A stretch of 64,000 nt of DNA from the human T2T-CHM13v2.0 reference genome, Homo sapiens: NCBI RefSeq assembly GCF_009914755.1, contig NC_060928.1; one strand, written 5' to 3'. A program made the translations under genes and the position numbers. Position 1 is the first letter of the stretch. Each line of letters starts with the position of its first letter. Under the pieces are notes generated by a model that was not told the origin of the DNA, made no database searches, and was given only the letters and a program-made list of their open reading frames with translations. Positions 29,770 through 45,384 of the stretch are shown piece after piece.

Positions 29770-30952
29770 CTCCCCTGTGGCCCAGGGCTGGTCTAGAAAT
29801 GCCATCCATGAGCCAAGGTCTGGAACTGGGGACTCTGAGAGCCTGCCTGGTGCTTTACCTCGCTGCAGCTGAACTGGTACCTAAGCTGCAAGGCAAAATC
29901 CCCTTTACTCTTTCCTCTGCTTTTCTCAAGCAGATGGAGTCTCTCCTCATAATCACCACAGCTGTGAATATTCTGGGTCACACCTGAACCCAGCATGTCT
30001 CAAGAGTCTCACTGAAAGTCCACGGCATGTACTCCTAGTTACAGGTACTGATTATTCAGGATCCAACAGCTCTTTAATCAACAGTTGATAAATCATGCCA
30101 GGGCTAGGTCCTTCCTCTCAAGGCAGCAGGTTCCCTTCTGACCAATTGTGTCTAGAGATGTCATCCAGGAGCTAGGGTCTGCAGTGGGGTCCTCATGACT
30201 CTGCCCAGTGCCCTATTCTACTGTGGCTGAGTTGATATCCAGGTTGCAAGAGTCCTTTTTACTCTCCCCTCTCCTCTTCTGAAGCAGAAGAAAGGAGACT
30301 TTTCGGATCTATGAGCTGTGCTGCCTGGTGTTGAAGAAGGGGCACAAGCTGCCCTGGCTGGTGTCTCACTAGGCTGCATGCCCTCCAACTCCACTGGCTC
30401 TGAGCCCAGGACAGCACTAAGACTTGCCTGGGAGTTGCAGTCATTGTAACTTAGACTACCATTCAAGTTTATTTAGGACCCCAGAGCACTTTAGTCCTTG
30501 GTGGCAAAGCTTAGTAAAACTCAGGCTCTGACCACTGGGTTGGGTAAACTCAGGCTCTGACCACTCCTCTGGCTAGGGCTCATCTAAATGCTCCCTCCAT
30601 GTCCATGTGTGTTGGCTGAGTTCTGCCCAGTGTTGACAGGAGTGAGTTTTAATGCAAAGCCCCACAATTGCTGTGCTTTTCTTCTTCCAAGCACATAGAT
30701 TCTCTCTCCCCACCCCTGAGGCCACTGCCAGGGAATAGGAGATGGGTGGCATCGGAAAATCAAGACTGTCTTTACTACTCTCTTCAGTGTCTCTTTCAGC
30801 GATATGAAGTTAAAAAACCAAGTACTGTGATCACTCACCTGAGTTTTGGTTTTTAGAAGGTGCTTTTTTGTGTCAATAGTTGTTAAATTTGGTGTTCCTG
30901 AAGGGAGGATGATTGATGAAGGCTTCCATTTGGCCATCTTGCTTCACCTCCC
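29770..30952 (-). mobile_element. L1 5'UTR (L1PB/L1MA-type), antisense
   Basis: The minus strand starts GGGAGGTGAAGCAAGATGGCCAAATGG, an L1 5' end with the YY1 core AAGATGGCC. The body is GC-richer and 5'UTR-like. Confidence 0.8.
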
Positions 30953-31771
30953 ACTCCTAAATAGAATGTGATTTTCAAAAATTGTGCACAAAATTATATT
31001 TTATAACATATGAGGACACAAAAATGCCACTAAATTGAGATGTATCTAAGGTATTTCTCTATCATAATATATTTTCAATATGGGAAAGGAATCCACCTCA
31101 AAGAATGAATATGCAAACTAATTTTTGTTAAGCTGAGTCATAGTTAAATTATTTTATGCAAATTAAAGACAACAGTCGTTTGGAATTTTGAGATGGTTTT
31201 CTTATACTAGGGACTTATAAACGATTATTCTAAATGGAAACAAAATATGTTTTATCAAGCAATCCCATTTGATTTGAACATACTTCAATGCATTTAATTT
31301 CTTAAAGCTTCTGTTTTTACTACTTAATAGTTAAATAATATTAATTTGTTAGGCATGATCTTCTTGTGAACATACCCAGAAAAAAGGCATGTCTATTTCC
31401 TAGTATTCTAATCCATTTCCATGATATCTATATCCTTAACTCCTCTCTAGACTCTCAGACTCCAAAAACAGCCTAGAGCAGAGCTTCTGGGAAAGTCCTG
31501 TCAGTACTTAATATGTGATCATCCTAGTTCTGTAACACTGCCCTGAGCTTATACCTCCAAAATCACATAACTGGATTTATGCTTGAAAACTTTGAATCAT
31601 CAGTGGCCAAGGAAATACTTTTCTGCAGAGAGGTTTAAATTTTTAGTTGACAGTGTTGAATCTCAATTTGCTGAATTTGTTCTGGGTGAAATAATTTTCA
31701 GACTGTTTAGTTCATCATTTTTTGTAGAAAAAGTCTTCCTTTTTTTCACATTTGATACGTTTCCCATGATT

Positions 31772-32400
31772 ATCAGTTAAGGTCCAATAAGAAGACAGGA
31801 ACCAGAACAGATTTCTTTTTGACCAGAGAAATATAAAGAATTGTTAACTAGCCGTAAAGTTGTCAACTGAGCAACTGAAAGAGTAAAAGGTAATTCTAAC
31901 ATATCATGGAAGCACCAACTTCAGAAAGCAGGTACTACTCTCATGGTAAAATAAGGAAAGATGTTAGAAAACTTAAGACACTGAGAGGAAGAACCCCATG
32001 GAACTGAAACTCCAGTCTCAAAGGACACTGGGTGCTTCTAAGCAGGAGCTAATGTCTCTGAGGGGAAGTATGATAGACTTGGTTCTGCAAGTGTTGTAAA
32101 AACTGCAACAGCTGCTGTCACAGGACAAAACTGTCACTGCTGAGTTGATGAAGCCTTGCTGAAGTGAGGCTCACAGGAACCACAGTGGGCAAGAAGCTCA
32201 CTGGAAACAAGTAGAAAGGAGCAAGTACTTTCTTCTTCCCCTAGCCTTGAAGCCTTCCTCTAGCTCCCTCTACTGGCAGATCCTGAGAAAAACGAGCTGA
32301 CCAGCTGAAATGACTGGTAGAATACTAGCCCTAACTCAGCACGTATATAGTGTAAAAGCTTGGGATTGAAGCTGTGAAACAGAAATTTAATAGCTGTTAT
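31772..32400. mobile_element. Old ERV-type LTR remnant, family not determined
   Basis: LTR-like text TCAGTTAAGGTCCAATAAGAAGACAGGAACC...AATTGTTAACTAG, and a partly similar stretch at ~62395-62530. Confidence 0.4.
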
Positions 32401-32636
32401 ACTGTCTTATTAACCTACAAAATAGGAAGCTGCAATTATACAATGCAATGAAAGCGAGTAGATGTACAACTCATTTTCTCTTGAATTATTCCAGTGCTCT
32501 GCCTTTTTGACATCACAAACATAACTTGAAATTCAATGATTCAGTATTTATTTTTTCACTCTTTTAAATACAATTTATTCACTACCTACTTTACAAAAGG
32601 TACTATTCTGGGCTAGAGACGAAATAAATCCAGTTC

Positions 32637-33460
32637 TTATACATACATATGTGTATGTGTGTGTGTGTATTTATACATATATATGATTATATATAACATG
32701 TATTATATAATATTATATATATTAGATAATATTATATAATATATATTAGATAATATATTATACTTTAGATATTATATTTTATATATATATTACATATATA
32801 CATATATACACATATATATTATATATTATAATATATTATTTTATATATTATAATATATTATATATTATAATATATTACATTATTTCATATATTATAATAT
32901 ATTATATATTATAATATATTACATTATTTCATATATTATAATATATTATATATTATAATATATTACATTATTTCATATATTATAATATATTACATTATTT
33001 CATATATTATAATATATTATATATTATAATATATTACATTATTTTATATATATAAATATATATGATATGATATATCATATATATGATATATTATATATAT
33101 AATATGATATATGATATATGATATATCATATATCATATATTATTATATATATAATATATTATAATATATTATATATCATATATTATTATATATAATATAT
33201 TATATATCATATATTATATATTATATTATATTATATATTATATTATATATATTATATCATATATATGATATATATCTTATATATAATATATATAATATAT
33301 AATATATTATATATTAATATATGATATATAATATATTATATATATTATATATATCATATATATGTATAAATGCACACATGCACACACACACACACATGCA
33401 TATATATATAATCTTGCTTTTCTGGCATATATATACCTGAAAAAAATATATATATACACA
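32637..33460. repeat. TA-rich low-complexity tract containing a 44-bp minisatellite
   Basis: Nearly pure A/T. The marker ACATTATTT recurs at 32877, 32921, 32965, 32992 and 33036. Confidence 0.97.
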
Positions 33461-33699
33461 TCTAACTATACATCTGCAGTCATAAAGGCCTCAGATAAGT
33501 CTTTCAGTTGTTTAAACCAATTGTTAGAGGAGCTCATGAGGGCTTATAGATCATTTGAGAAAAAAAGTTAAAAATTTATGAGAGAAACCTCATGGTCTTA
33601 AAGGATGAGTAGAATTTTAAAATTGGATATTGGCATTAGAAGAGTTTTGCAAACAGAATGCATGTTCATTCTGGGTTTATGGATAACTGGCAACAACTG

Positions 33700-35996
<2,297 letters not shown>

Positions 35997-37219
35997 ATCT
36001 GGACTTGCAGAAAAACAAATATACACGTAAAGTGGCAAAAATCATCAGATTTACATTGACTATGATGTCGATATAAGAGAATGATGAGAGAGAAGTCTGT
36101 AGAGGAGATTAAGAATCAGACTATGGAATGTTTTAATGCTATGCTAGGAAGCTTGTCATTTGTTTAATGGGTACACAAATAGGTAAGAAAATCTTCACAA
36201 GGTTGAACTAATGACTATGCAGATATTGAATCATAGAAGAGAGGACATACTGGAAAATATTGCAGGAAGATTAGTAATGAAGCCAAACCAGTAGAAAGAG
36301 GAGGTAATAAAATACCTGAATGATATATGCATATCTATTTCTATCTTTTTTATATACAGAGAGCCTCCCATTTCTACATAAGATAGATGAGGTACTAAAA
36401 ATGTTTTCTATGTAGGTGGTTAGCCTCTGCTTTCATGTTCATAATACAGCTGTCCTTTTCCATGTTATTTTTAAGAATTATAAAATATGTATGCCAAAGT
36501 CAGATACAGTTTGAATAGAAAAAAACCTATTTAAATCCCTCCTTATATTAAGTCTAATTTCCTAATTATAGTATCTTTTTTGGATTAAATCTTTATAATA
36601 TTAATAATGAGAATAGTAGACTGAAGAACTTTATTAAGGTAAAATACATAGGAATAATATCAACATGCTTATAATTTATAAAGAACTGGAATTGTAAAAC
36701 AGATTATAACACATGCTAAAAATATATAGATATATGTGTGTGTAGATACACACATATATGTACGTATGCATACATATCTGAAATTGTTTAGTATTGGAAT
36801 ATTTGGATATAAAAATATTCTGATGTTAAACAATTTGCCTTAACTAATTTCTATAACAAACAATGCCTATGGGAATGAACTTAAAAATGTTTAATGAAAT
36901 TATTTCTTGTTTTATTCACCGCCACCACCATATCTAGGACTCTCACTTTTTTTTTTGTGATTTAATTCATTAGCCATTAAAGTGATTTGGCATGTAGTTT
37001 CTCTCTCCTAGTGTCTTTAATGAATGTTTTCTCGTTATTCTTTTGCTCATACAGTATTCTTCTGCATGTGAACTACCTTACCTAGACTAAACTCTTTTGT
37101 TTCCCTTTCAACATCATCTTCACCTCTTACAAGCTGTATAATCTTAGGGAAGTATATAGAGCTTTTTGTGTCTCCAGTTACTTAACCTATAAAATAAGAC
37201 TTAAAGTAATGCCTCCTAC

Positions 37220-38030
37220 TGTGATAAATTAAAGATTCATATTGTGAACTATAAAGCAACCACTTAAAAAGTTAATTGAAGATGAGTGGTTAGTAATCCA
37301 ATAGTGGACATAAAATATAACGCTAAAAGTTTAATTTAACTAAATTAAAGCAGGAAAAGGAGAAAAATAAACAAAAAAAGAGAATAAATAGAAAACAATT
37401 AGCACTAAGACAAATTTACAACTAAGAAAGTCATTAATTATATTAAATATAAACTATATATGAATATTCCAGTGAAAAGGCAGAGGGTGTCTGAATAATG
37501 CCCATAAGAAATCCATTTTGGATATAAAGATGTTAAAATAGAATAATCTAAAAAGATGTAATCTTCAAACACAAATAATAAGAAAGTTGAGGTAGTTATA
37601 TCTTGGACTAAATTAAAATAAACATCCTACAAATCAAAATTATGGAAAGTCATTAAAGTAGTGAAGAAAGAACGTTAAGGCTTTAACTGCTTGTACTAAA
37701 AAAGAAAAAAAGTTCTCATCAACTATCTGCGAGTCCATCTTAAGCTTGGAAGAGAGAATTAAACCAAATTAAGTATGAGAGAGGAAATAATAAAGGTAGA
37801 ATAAAAAATCCATGAATTAGAAAAACCTCTACCTAGATTCATCTATTAGACTAATCAAATAAGAGGATAAGATACAAATTATTAATATCACAGATAAAAG
37901 GAAAGATATTACTTCATGTTAAAAACATTATGCTGAACAGAAGAAGCTAGACACAAAGACTCTATATGTATAATTCCATTTATATGAGACTCAAGAAAAG
38001 GCAAATATAACTTAGAGTATAGAAATCATA
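37220..38030 (+). mobile_element. Ancient L1ME fragments
   Basis: A-rich L1-like text (AAAAGGCAGAG, AAACATTATGCTGAACAGAAGAAGCTAGACACAAA...TAATTCCATTTATATGA). Confidence 0.7.
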
Positions 38031-38864
38031 TCATGTAGCCAATTCCATGCATTTAAGATTTTTTTATTTCTTCATATTTCAGAGAGTTATAATATTTCAG
38101 AGTTTTGCCCCTTTTGAAATGTTTAAACATAACTAAAGGTGGGACAAAGACCTTTATTTTCAGAGGGAGTAAATGAGTAGGTTTTTATATCACTATGTAG
38201 GATTCCTAACTTTCTTTACCTTCGGATTTTGCCATTCTCTCAACTTCTCCTTTATTGCTTTCAGTCTGTATCACACCACCCTGAGCTTGATTATATTGAC
38301 TTAAATAGGTAAATCCCTTAGGTACAAAACCGTACATTGTTGAACAAGTAGTGACCTACTTGTGACCTACTCTTTGTGGTAAAAGCTAAGGAAATAAAAA
38401 TAGCTAAGGAAGAATAAAATAGTATCAGCAATATATACATGTTTATATCACATATACATACATGATTGTACAAATCCAACACAAAAGTGCTGCTGGGAAT
38501 TTTTCCAGGCATTTAAGAGATTAAGATTGGGGCAAAGTAGCCACAACATAGCAACAACCCTAGTGTGAGACAATTAAAGGTGGAATATCTCCATGTGAGC
38601 TAATATATTGCACAATCTTTGAGTGTTAAAATTAAATATCCTGTTCAATTAAATGTATGTTCAAAACAGAGCCTTCTTTTAAAGCACTGATCAAAACAGA
38701 GGCATGATAGAAAATCACTAGCAAAGCAGACCCCAAACTGAAATAATGTAAATGTCCCCGCCTACAAATAATATAAACCAAATATCAAACATGCACTGTC
38801 ACCTTAAAAAACAAAGATATTTTAAAGAAACGTGAATTTAGTCTTGTCAAATACATTATATTTT

Positions 38865-39330
38865 AATGTATTCATCATTGGCAAATATATTTTCAGTTCC
38901 TATGATGTGCCAGGCACTGTAGTTACCTAATAAGAAATGGTGATGTGATAGACACAGTTCCTGCCTTCAAAGCACTTACAGTTGACTAACATAAACAAAT
39001 AATTATATGAGCAATTGTAAATAGTTAATTAATGGCCATAAACTATGTGTTGCAATGGGAGTCACCATCATGATAGCTATCATGGATTTTAGAAATCAGT
39101 GAAGGCTTCCTGGAAAAAGAAATACTTAAACCAAGAACAAAGTAGATTAGACATTGGTTGGGCCGAGTGGAAAGAAGACTAGGAAGAGCGTTTCTCATGA
39201 GAGGATGCATCAAGTGTTCAAAGAACCCAGGGAAGAAAAAAGAGAGAATCACCCTTTCAGGAATGGAAAGTATGTCAGTAGAGAAGAAAAGCAAAACAGA
39301 ACAAAAAGGTGGATAAGCACATGTGTGACT
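38865..39330 (-). mobile_element. L2 3' remnant
   Basis: ATTCATCATTGGCAAATATATT...CCTATGATGTGCCAGGCACTGT...CCTGCCTTCAAAGCACTTACAG. Confidence 0.7.
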
Positions 39331-39544
39331 ATGTAGATGAATAAATAGATATAATCTGCCTTTACTTTTCAAGTGTAAAACATTGTGTTTTATTTTTAAA
39401 ACATTCAATTTTCGCAAAGTATATGTTGAAAAGTCTGCTAACAAATTTCCCAGGGAATCACATGCCCTCTCCTCCATTGCGTGGATGATTATTTCTGGCA
39501 ATAATGTACTAACTGTCTCCATAGCATTTGCTCCCCCACATTTT

Positions 39545-39737
39545 CTCTCTGATACCAAGTGTTTTATTTCCAAAATGTAAGCTTGATCATGTCACTCTCC
39601 TGCTTAAATCTTTCACTGTCTTCCCACTTCCTTCAGGATAAAGACCACAAGATTTAAGCAGTCTTGATTGGGCTGGCCCCTGCCCACCTCCACAGCCCCA
39701 TACCACTGCACATTCCCCCATAATGTCTGGGCTCCAG

Positions 39738-39789
<52 letters not shown>

Positions 39790-40262
39790 TTCTTTTCCAG
39801 TTTAAGAAAATACAATGTTCCTGGAAAATTCAGCTCCTGGAAAATACAGTTCCTTCTCCAACCCAGCCTTTGCACAAGTTGTCCTTTCAGTCTGGAGCCC
39901 ACTTCCCTCTTTTGCTGTATTTATTCTGGCTCTTCTCAAATATCCCTTATTTTTGAGAACCTCCTGACCATTTGCCTCCCCCCAGATTAGGAATGGTCAA
40001 ATGCTCTTCTTATACACTTTTACAGAGGAATAGTACCTCTCTTTCATGACCCTTATTACATTTGTAATTTTATATTTAATTGTGTAATTATTAGATTAGT
40101 CATGTCTGTTCCTGCAGTAGGTCGCAGGGATCATGAGAGCAGGGATCTCATAACCTCCAAGCACCAAAAGGATAGGGACTGTATGATGTTTTATTTATTA
40201 TTATATTTCCAGCTCTCAGTACAGTGCTTCACATATAGTAATAGCTCAATAAACATTTGTCC
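39545..40262 (+). mobile_element. L2 3' remnant
   Basis: TGATCATGTCACTCTCCTGCTTAAA ... ACAGTGCTTCACATATAGTAATAGCTCAATAAACATTTGT. Confidence 0.7.
39742..39787. repeat. (TG)n microsatellite
   Basis: Directly visible. Confidence 0.98.
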
Positions 40263-40573
40263 TTCAAAGGATTAAGTGCTATATCAAGAAAGCTGGTTAC
40301 AAAGAAAGTTATTAATGTCCATTAGGTGAGCTTAAAAAGCACAAGTCTACTGAAGTTCAACCAGTCATCAAACTGACAAGTGGCATAAAACTAAAGCTGA
40401 AGTTTTGTTTATGGGTTTGCAAAACCATCTCTAAATATAACACACTGCCTTGATTTAAAGCCTCTGTGTGCTTACATTCACAAAAAGATTATATTGTTCC
40501 TACCCAGCCCTGGAAGAAAACTGAAGAGGCCATTCTATGAATGCTTAAGTCCAAACTTTCTTCTTCTGGAGAA

Positions 40574-40865
40574 TTTTTTTTTTTTTTAACAGAAGCTTGC
40601 TCTGTAGTCCAGGCTGGAGTGCAGTGGCGCAATCTCGGTTCACTGCAACCTCTGCCTCCAAATTCAAGCGATTCTCCTGCTTCAGCCTCTCGAGTATCTG
40701 GGATTACAGGCACGTGCCACCATACCTGGCTAATTTTTGTATTTTTAGTGGAGATGGGGTTTCGCCATGTTGGCAGGCTGGTCTCGAACTCCTGACCTCA
40801 GATGATCTGCCCGCCTCGGCCTCCCAAAGTGCTGGGATTACCGGTGTGAGCCACCGCACCAGGCC
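40574..40865 (-). mobile_element. AluS (Sx-like)
   Basis: Poly-T then a full reverse-complement Alu body. No clear TSD. Confidence 0.95.
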
Positions 40866-40911
40866 GAGTCTTGTTTTTCTGAGTGCAATGTAGCCATTGC
40901 TGTAGATTGTA

Positions 40912-40992
40912 TTAGGTTGGTGCAAAAGTAATTGTTGTTTTTGCTGTTTAAAATAATGGCCAAAACTGCAATTTTTTTTTGCACCTACTTAA
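40912..40992. mobile_element. MADE1 mariner (Hsmar1-derived) MITE
   Basis: TTAGGTTGGTGCAAAAGTAATTG...CAATTTTTTTTGCACCTACTTAA, an ~80-bp imperfect palindrome flanked by TA on both sides. Confidence 0.92.
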
Positions 40993-41789
40993 TATCATTG
41001 TCTCTTTCTGCAATGCTAGGGAGGCAGTGGGCATATTGGCCAGACTTTGAATGCAGAAAATATTCAATGATTTCAAATTGAATGATGCAATGTTACGATA
41101 TGGTAAAAGAACCAATACCTGGGGTATTAGGGCCCAGTTTATATTTCTATTCTGCTACCAATTCTGCATGAATTTGTGCAAATTACTGAACATTTAGATT
41201 AGGATGATGATCAGAAATGATTTAAGAACTTTGTTTCTTTCTAATTGACAAGTAAAATATCTGAGAACCATTACTAATTTATCCAGTAGAGCAATATAAT
41301 TTTTTTTTCATAGCTCCTAGAATCAGAATTTGATATTAATGTATTTTTTCCTTTATAATTTCAATTTGAAATTTAATTTGACAATCTGTTGACTACTGCC
41401 TCAGAAAGAAAGGTAGTTTAATGAATTTTCATGTTTTTTTAAACAGTTTTATTTGCTGTGATTTATGAAATCATTTATTTATTGGATATTTAAATGCAGG
41501 GGTATTGAAGAAGAATAAAAATCTATTCCTAACACACTGCATTGGGCTCATTTCACTAGAAAGCGTCATTCAGATTGAATTTCTCTCTCTTTTTTTACAG
41601 TTTTGTTTTCATTTTCTTGTTGAAAATATCAATCACTGTTTATGTTGTATGCTAACTTTCTTATTATTTTTCTATTGATGTGAGAGATACCATAATAACA
41701 AATATTCTCATCTTAGAATTACTGTTAAAACTCTCCAATGCCCTTGGGCTTGTTTACCATCTCTGTGAAGACGTTTTTTCGTTTGTTTG

Positions 41790-41850
41790 TTTTGGTTTGT
41801 TTTGGTTTGGTTTGGTTTGGTTTGGTTTGGTTTGGTTTGGTTTGGTTTGG
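41790..41850. repeat. (TTTGG)n pentanucleotide repeat
   Basis: Directly visible. Confidence 0.97.
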
Positions 41851-42249
41851 ATTGCATCACTTTAAAAAAGCTTTAAGAGATATTTTTAGAGGATAGGATT
41901 TGTTTTTCCTTTTGTTTTTAGTTCAAGATGGCACCTGAGTCCACTCATTTATGTTCTCTACTCCTGAACAGTCAGTTAAAATGAACTTTTTATAAGGTAC
42001 AATTGTATTGCAATGAAAAAAAGGACCAAGTGTGGAATACTCAACTGGAAATACTCAACAAATACTGGAAACGCTCAACGAATTTCTTGAACGAAGGAAA
42101 ATAGATGGGTATTTGATGAAGCTGGAAGTGAATAGCCACAATCTAGAACGTGTTCAGAGAGCCCTACTGCTAAATAGTAAAACAGTGTGCCTGCCAGACC
42201 CAGAGAGTCTCCAGTGCAATCATGAGACATATCTAGAAATCCTTCAGAA

Positions 42250-42650
42250 CACATCCCATCTTGCCTTGCATTTCTGCTTCCTCTGCTTACAGCATACTTC
42301 CCTTTAATATCTTCATGTCTTTCCTCATTTTGTTTAAATCCCTGCTCAAATGCTACTCTACCAAAGAGGTATCCCTGAAACACTTTAGCTAAACAAAACT
42401 GTCTCTTTTCTTTTTTTGAAACCCATCACTCTGTATCTATTCTACTATGTCTTAATTTTCTTCAGGATATACAGCATATTATGTTTTTATGTTTTAATTT
42501 GTTCAATATCTCTTGCAAAAGAAAGTAACCTTTACAAAAGCATTAAATGTATCTGTTTTGTTAAAATGTATATTCTCTAGCACCTTGAGCACAGCCTGGA
42601 ACATTCAAACTACATAAATTTGTAGATTGACTCAGTGAATGGATGATTGA
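42250..42650 (+). mobile_element. L2 3' remnant
   Basis: CTGCTCAAATGCTACT ... TTCTCTAGCACCTTGAGCACAGCCTGGAACA...TGAATGGATGA. Confidence 0.6.
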
Positions 42651-42919
42651 AATGTGATAGAAACTTCTGTATGTGACCTTCACTGCATCTGCATAATTCC
42701 CTATTACAATATTTAAAATATCTAGTCAGATATTCACTCCCAATTTGTCAGTGTGGGGAAACAGAGCACTCTAAATAATTAATAAAGGGTCAAAGCAAAC
42801 TGTAGCAATGAATGTAGATATTGATGCCTTGGGCATGTGAAGTTTCTTCAATATAGTGGCTTCATTCTCATTAATTCCCCTATGTGTGCAAAGTTCCAGT
42901 CAGCTTATTTATTATTTAA

Positions 42920-43340
42920 TTCAGTATCTAATCCAGGAGGACACATGGCAGCAGTGATCTTGTCTCTTTAACATAGAGCAGTTCATCAGTCTTTCTTTGT
43001 CTTTCATGACCTTAACATTTTTAAGAGACAGGCAAGCTATTTTATAGACCATCTTCCCATCTGAGTTAGTTTGACATTTCCTCATGATTAGATTCAGGTT
43101 ACGTGTTTTTAGCAGGACTATCACAGAAATAATGCTGTGTTCTCACTGCATCCCATTTGAAGGTACATGATGTCAGATGTCCCATTACTGATGATGTGCT
43201 CTTTGATCATTTGGGTAATGTGGAGGCTTCCAGGTTTCTCTGTTATAAATTATAATTTTTCTTTCTGCGATTACTAAAGAATCCTTGACACTATTTAAAT
43301 ATCCTATTCCTCATCAAATTTTCATTCACTAGCTTTAGTT
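42920..43340 (-). mobile_element. L1MC-type 3' fragment
   Basis: TTTGTCTTTCATGACCTTAACATTTTTAAG...TTTCCTCATGATTAGATTCAGGTTA, typical of antisense L1MC4/5. Confidence 0.7.
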
Positions 43341-44237
43341 TGGAAATCTGGTATTTTACATGTTAAGAAGTAGAAAGAAAGTTTGGGAAAATACTAATCT
43401 TTCATTTTTATCTCAGTGTTTAAGAACTTTCAGTCAGTATCTTACCACTTCAAAATGATTAGAGGGAGACTGGAAACTACTGTTGTTGGTTTTGTATATG
43501 CATTGCTATTTATAAGTTTTAAAAAGTCTTTTCTTCTAGGTTTCCATTTAGTAATTTAGGATATTGCTACCAAAAGGTTGGCAATTAGTTGTCTCTAGTT
43601 GTACTCCACTGAATCATTACAAAGCTGAAAATAAAGGTTATGCTACAGTTTTTATTGGTACTTTGAAAAGAATTAGTGCTGTTTATCCCATCAGTACAAA
43701 TGCTAGATAATTGCACCCTCTATTTACTAATAATTGGGGAGAGAAGTATATCACATAAAAGGTAAATAATCCACCCATAACTAGCTTATTAGAGAAAACA
43801 CAAGAAAAACAAATAATAGATTGATGTCACTTACCATGAGTTTAGAAAATCAATAACAATTATAAATGAAATAAAAATTTCAAATATTAATGAGAGGAAA
43901 ATGATGGATGCCCTTAAGAAAATAAAGTCAATAAAAATTTAAAAATTGATTTACTTTGCTAAACAATTGTATTAGATTATTTTCATAGGTAAATACTCTA
44001 TAAACTTGAAACTGTTACCAATAATAAGGAATCATCTGTCAAATTTCTAGATGTGTGATTGACATTCCTAGAAATTTGATTTTAGTCTTGAAGTAGAGAT
44101 AAAGATGAAATAATTCCGTTTTCTAAATGTATAGTACAGTAGGTGGAAAAGGACACAAAGGGACATGAGCAAAAAGTTTTGGCTGGATATACAAGGAAGG
44201 ACAAGTAAGACTTTAACACTTACCAATGTAATGAGTA

Positions 44238-44532
44238 GGTTGGGCACAATGGCTCAGGCCTCTAATCCCAGCACTTTGGGAGGCTGAGGTGGGAGGATCA
44301 CTTAGAGCCAGAAGTTTGAGATCAGCCTGGGCAACATAGTGAGACTTCATCGCTACTTAAAAAATAAAATAAAATAAAATTAGCCAGGTGTAGTGGCATG
44401 TGCCCGTGTCTCAGATACTCAGAAGTCTCACTTGATCCCAGGAGTTCAGGAGTTCAAGGCTGCAGTGAGCTATGATCACACCACTGAACTCCAGTGTGGG
44501 CAACAGAGCAAGATTCTGTCTCAGAAAAAAAA
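44238..44532 (+). mobile_element. AluJ
   Basis: J-type GGAGTTCAAGGCTGCAGTGAGCTATGATC with a small internal deletion and duplication. TSD is ATGTAA(T/G)GAGTA at 44226-44237 and 44534-44545. Confidence 0.92.
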
Positions 44533-45384
44533 CATGTAAGGAGTAGAGGATAAAGTAGTAAAATATTTTCTTCCTGGAAAAACTGGAGCATGACTTGGAT
44601 ATTTTTTAATGATAATGGTGAGATGCCAGTTTTGGGGAGAAGGTGTTGAGTTTCATTTTATTTTGGTAAGCTTTAGGAATCGGCAGCACATGTATGCGGA
44701 GATAGCCTACTAGCAGTTTGATAAGAGGATATAAAGATCAGTGCTATTGACACTGAGTCATCCTTCATGCAGATGAAGCTATGGCAGCCCACATTACTTC
44801 CACGGAAAGCAGAGACAAAAAGAAGGCACAGCACCAGGGATTCCACTTTTGGCACAGCTTAGTCAAAGTGTGCCAAAAGAAGAGACGCCACTGAGACATT
44901 TTAGTGGTTGAAAGAGAAAGAAGTAAAGATACCATTCTGAAATCTTATGTTATCAAAGTCTTAATGACTCTCCCTTCTTATTTTCTCTTCAATCTGTCTC
45001 TTCTATCCATCATCACTCCCTATTCTCTAGTGCAAGCCTTCATTATTTTCTGCATCAGTCAACCAGAGGTCTCCCTGTCTCTACGTTCTTTCACCTTCCT
45101 CTCCCAATCCACTTTCAGCACTGCTGTCAGAGTGATCTTTATAAAGTGTTCATCTGTTCAAAGCATTTTCCTAATTAAAAAGCTTTAGTGGCTCTTTCCT
45201 GACTTAAAAAAAAACTAAGTAATAATACAGACATATTTACTATTTGAAATTCCCAAATTCCCTATGATATTGAACACATTTCACCCTTCTAAAAATACTA
45301 GATGCTTTGTCTGTAATAGCTTCTTCTCTCTTCCTCATCTAGATAATTCCTACTCATCCTTAAAGACTTAGGTTGAATACTGGT

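Noticed and set aside
30517-30565. Short tandem duplications here (AAACTCAGGCTCTGACCACT twice) and at ~8296, ~16022 and ~42036
   Set aside because: These are ordinary slippage duplications with two copies and no spacer pattern, not CRISPR-like
39043-39573. Longest ORF in the window (176 aa, minus strand)
   Set aside because: It overlaps L2 remnants, has no recognisable domain, and its composition fits random AT-rich DNA
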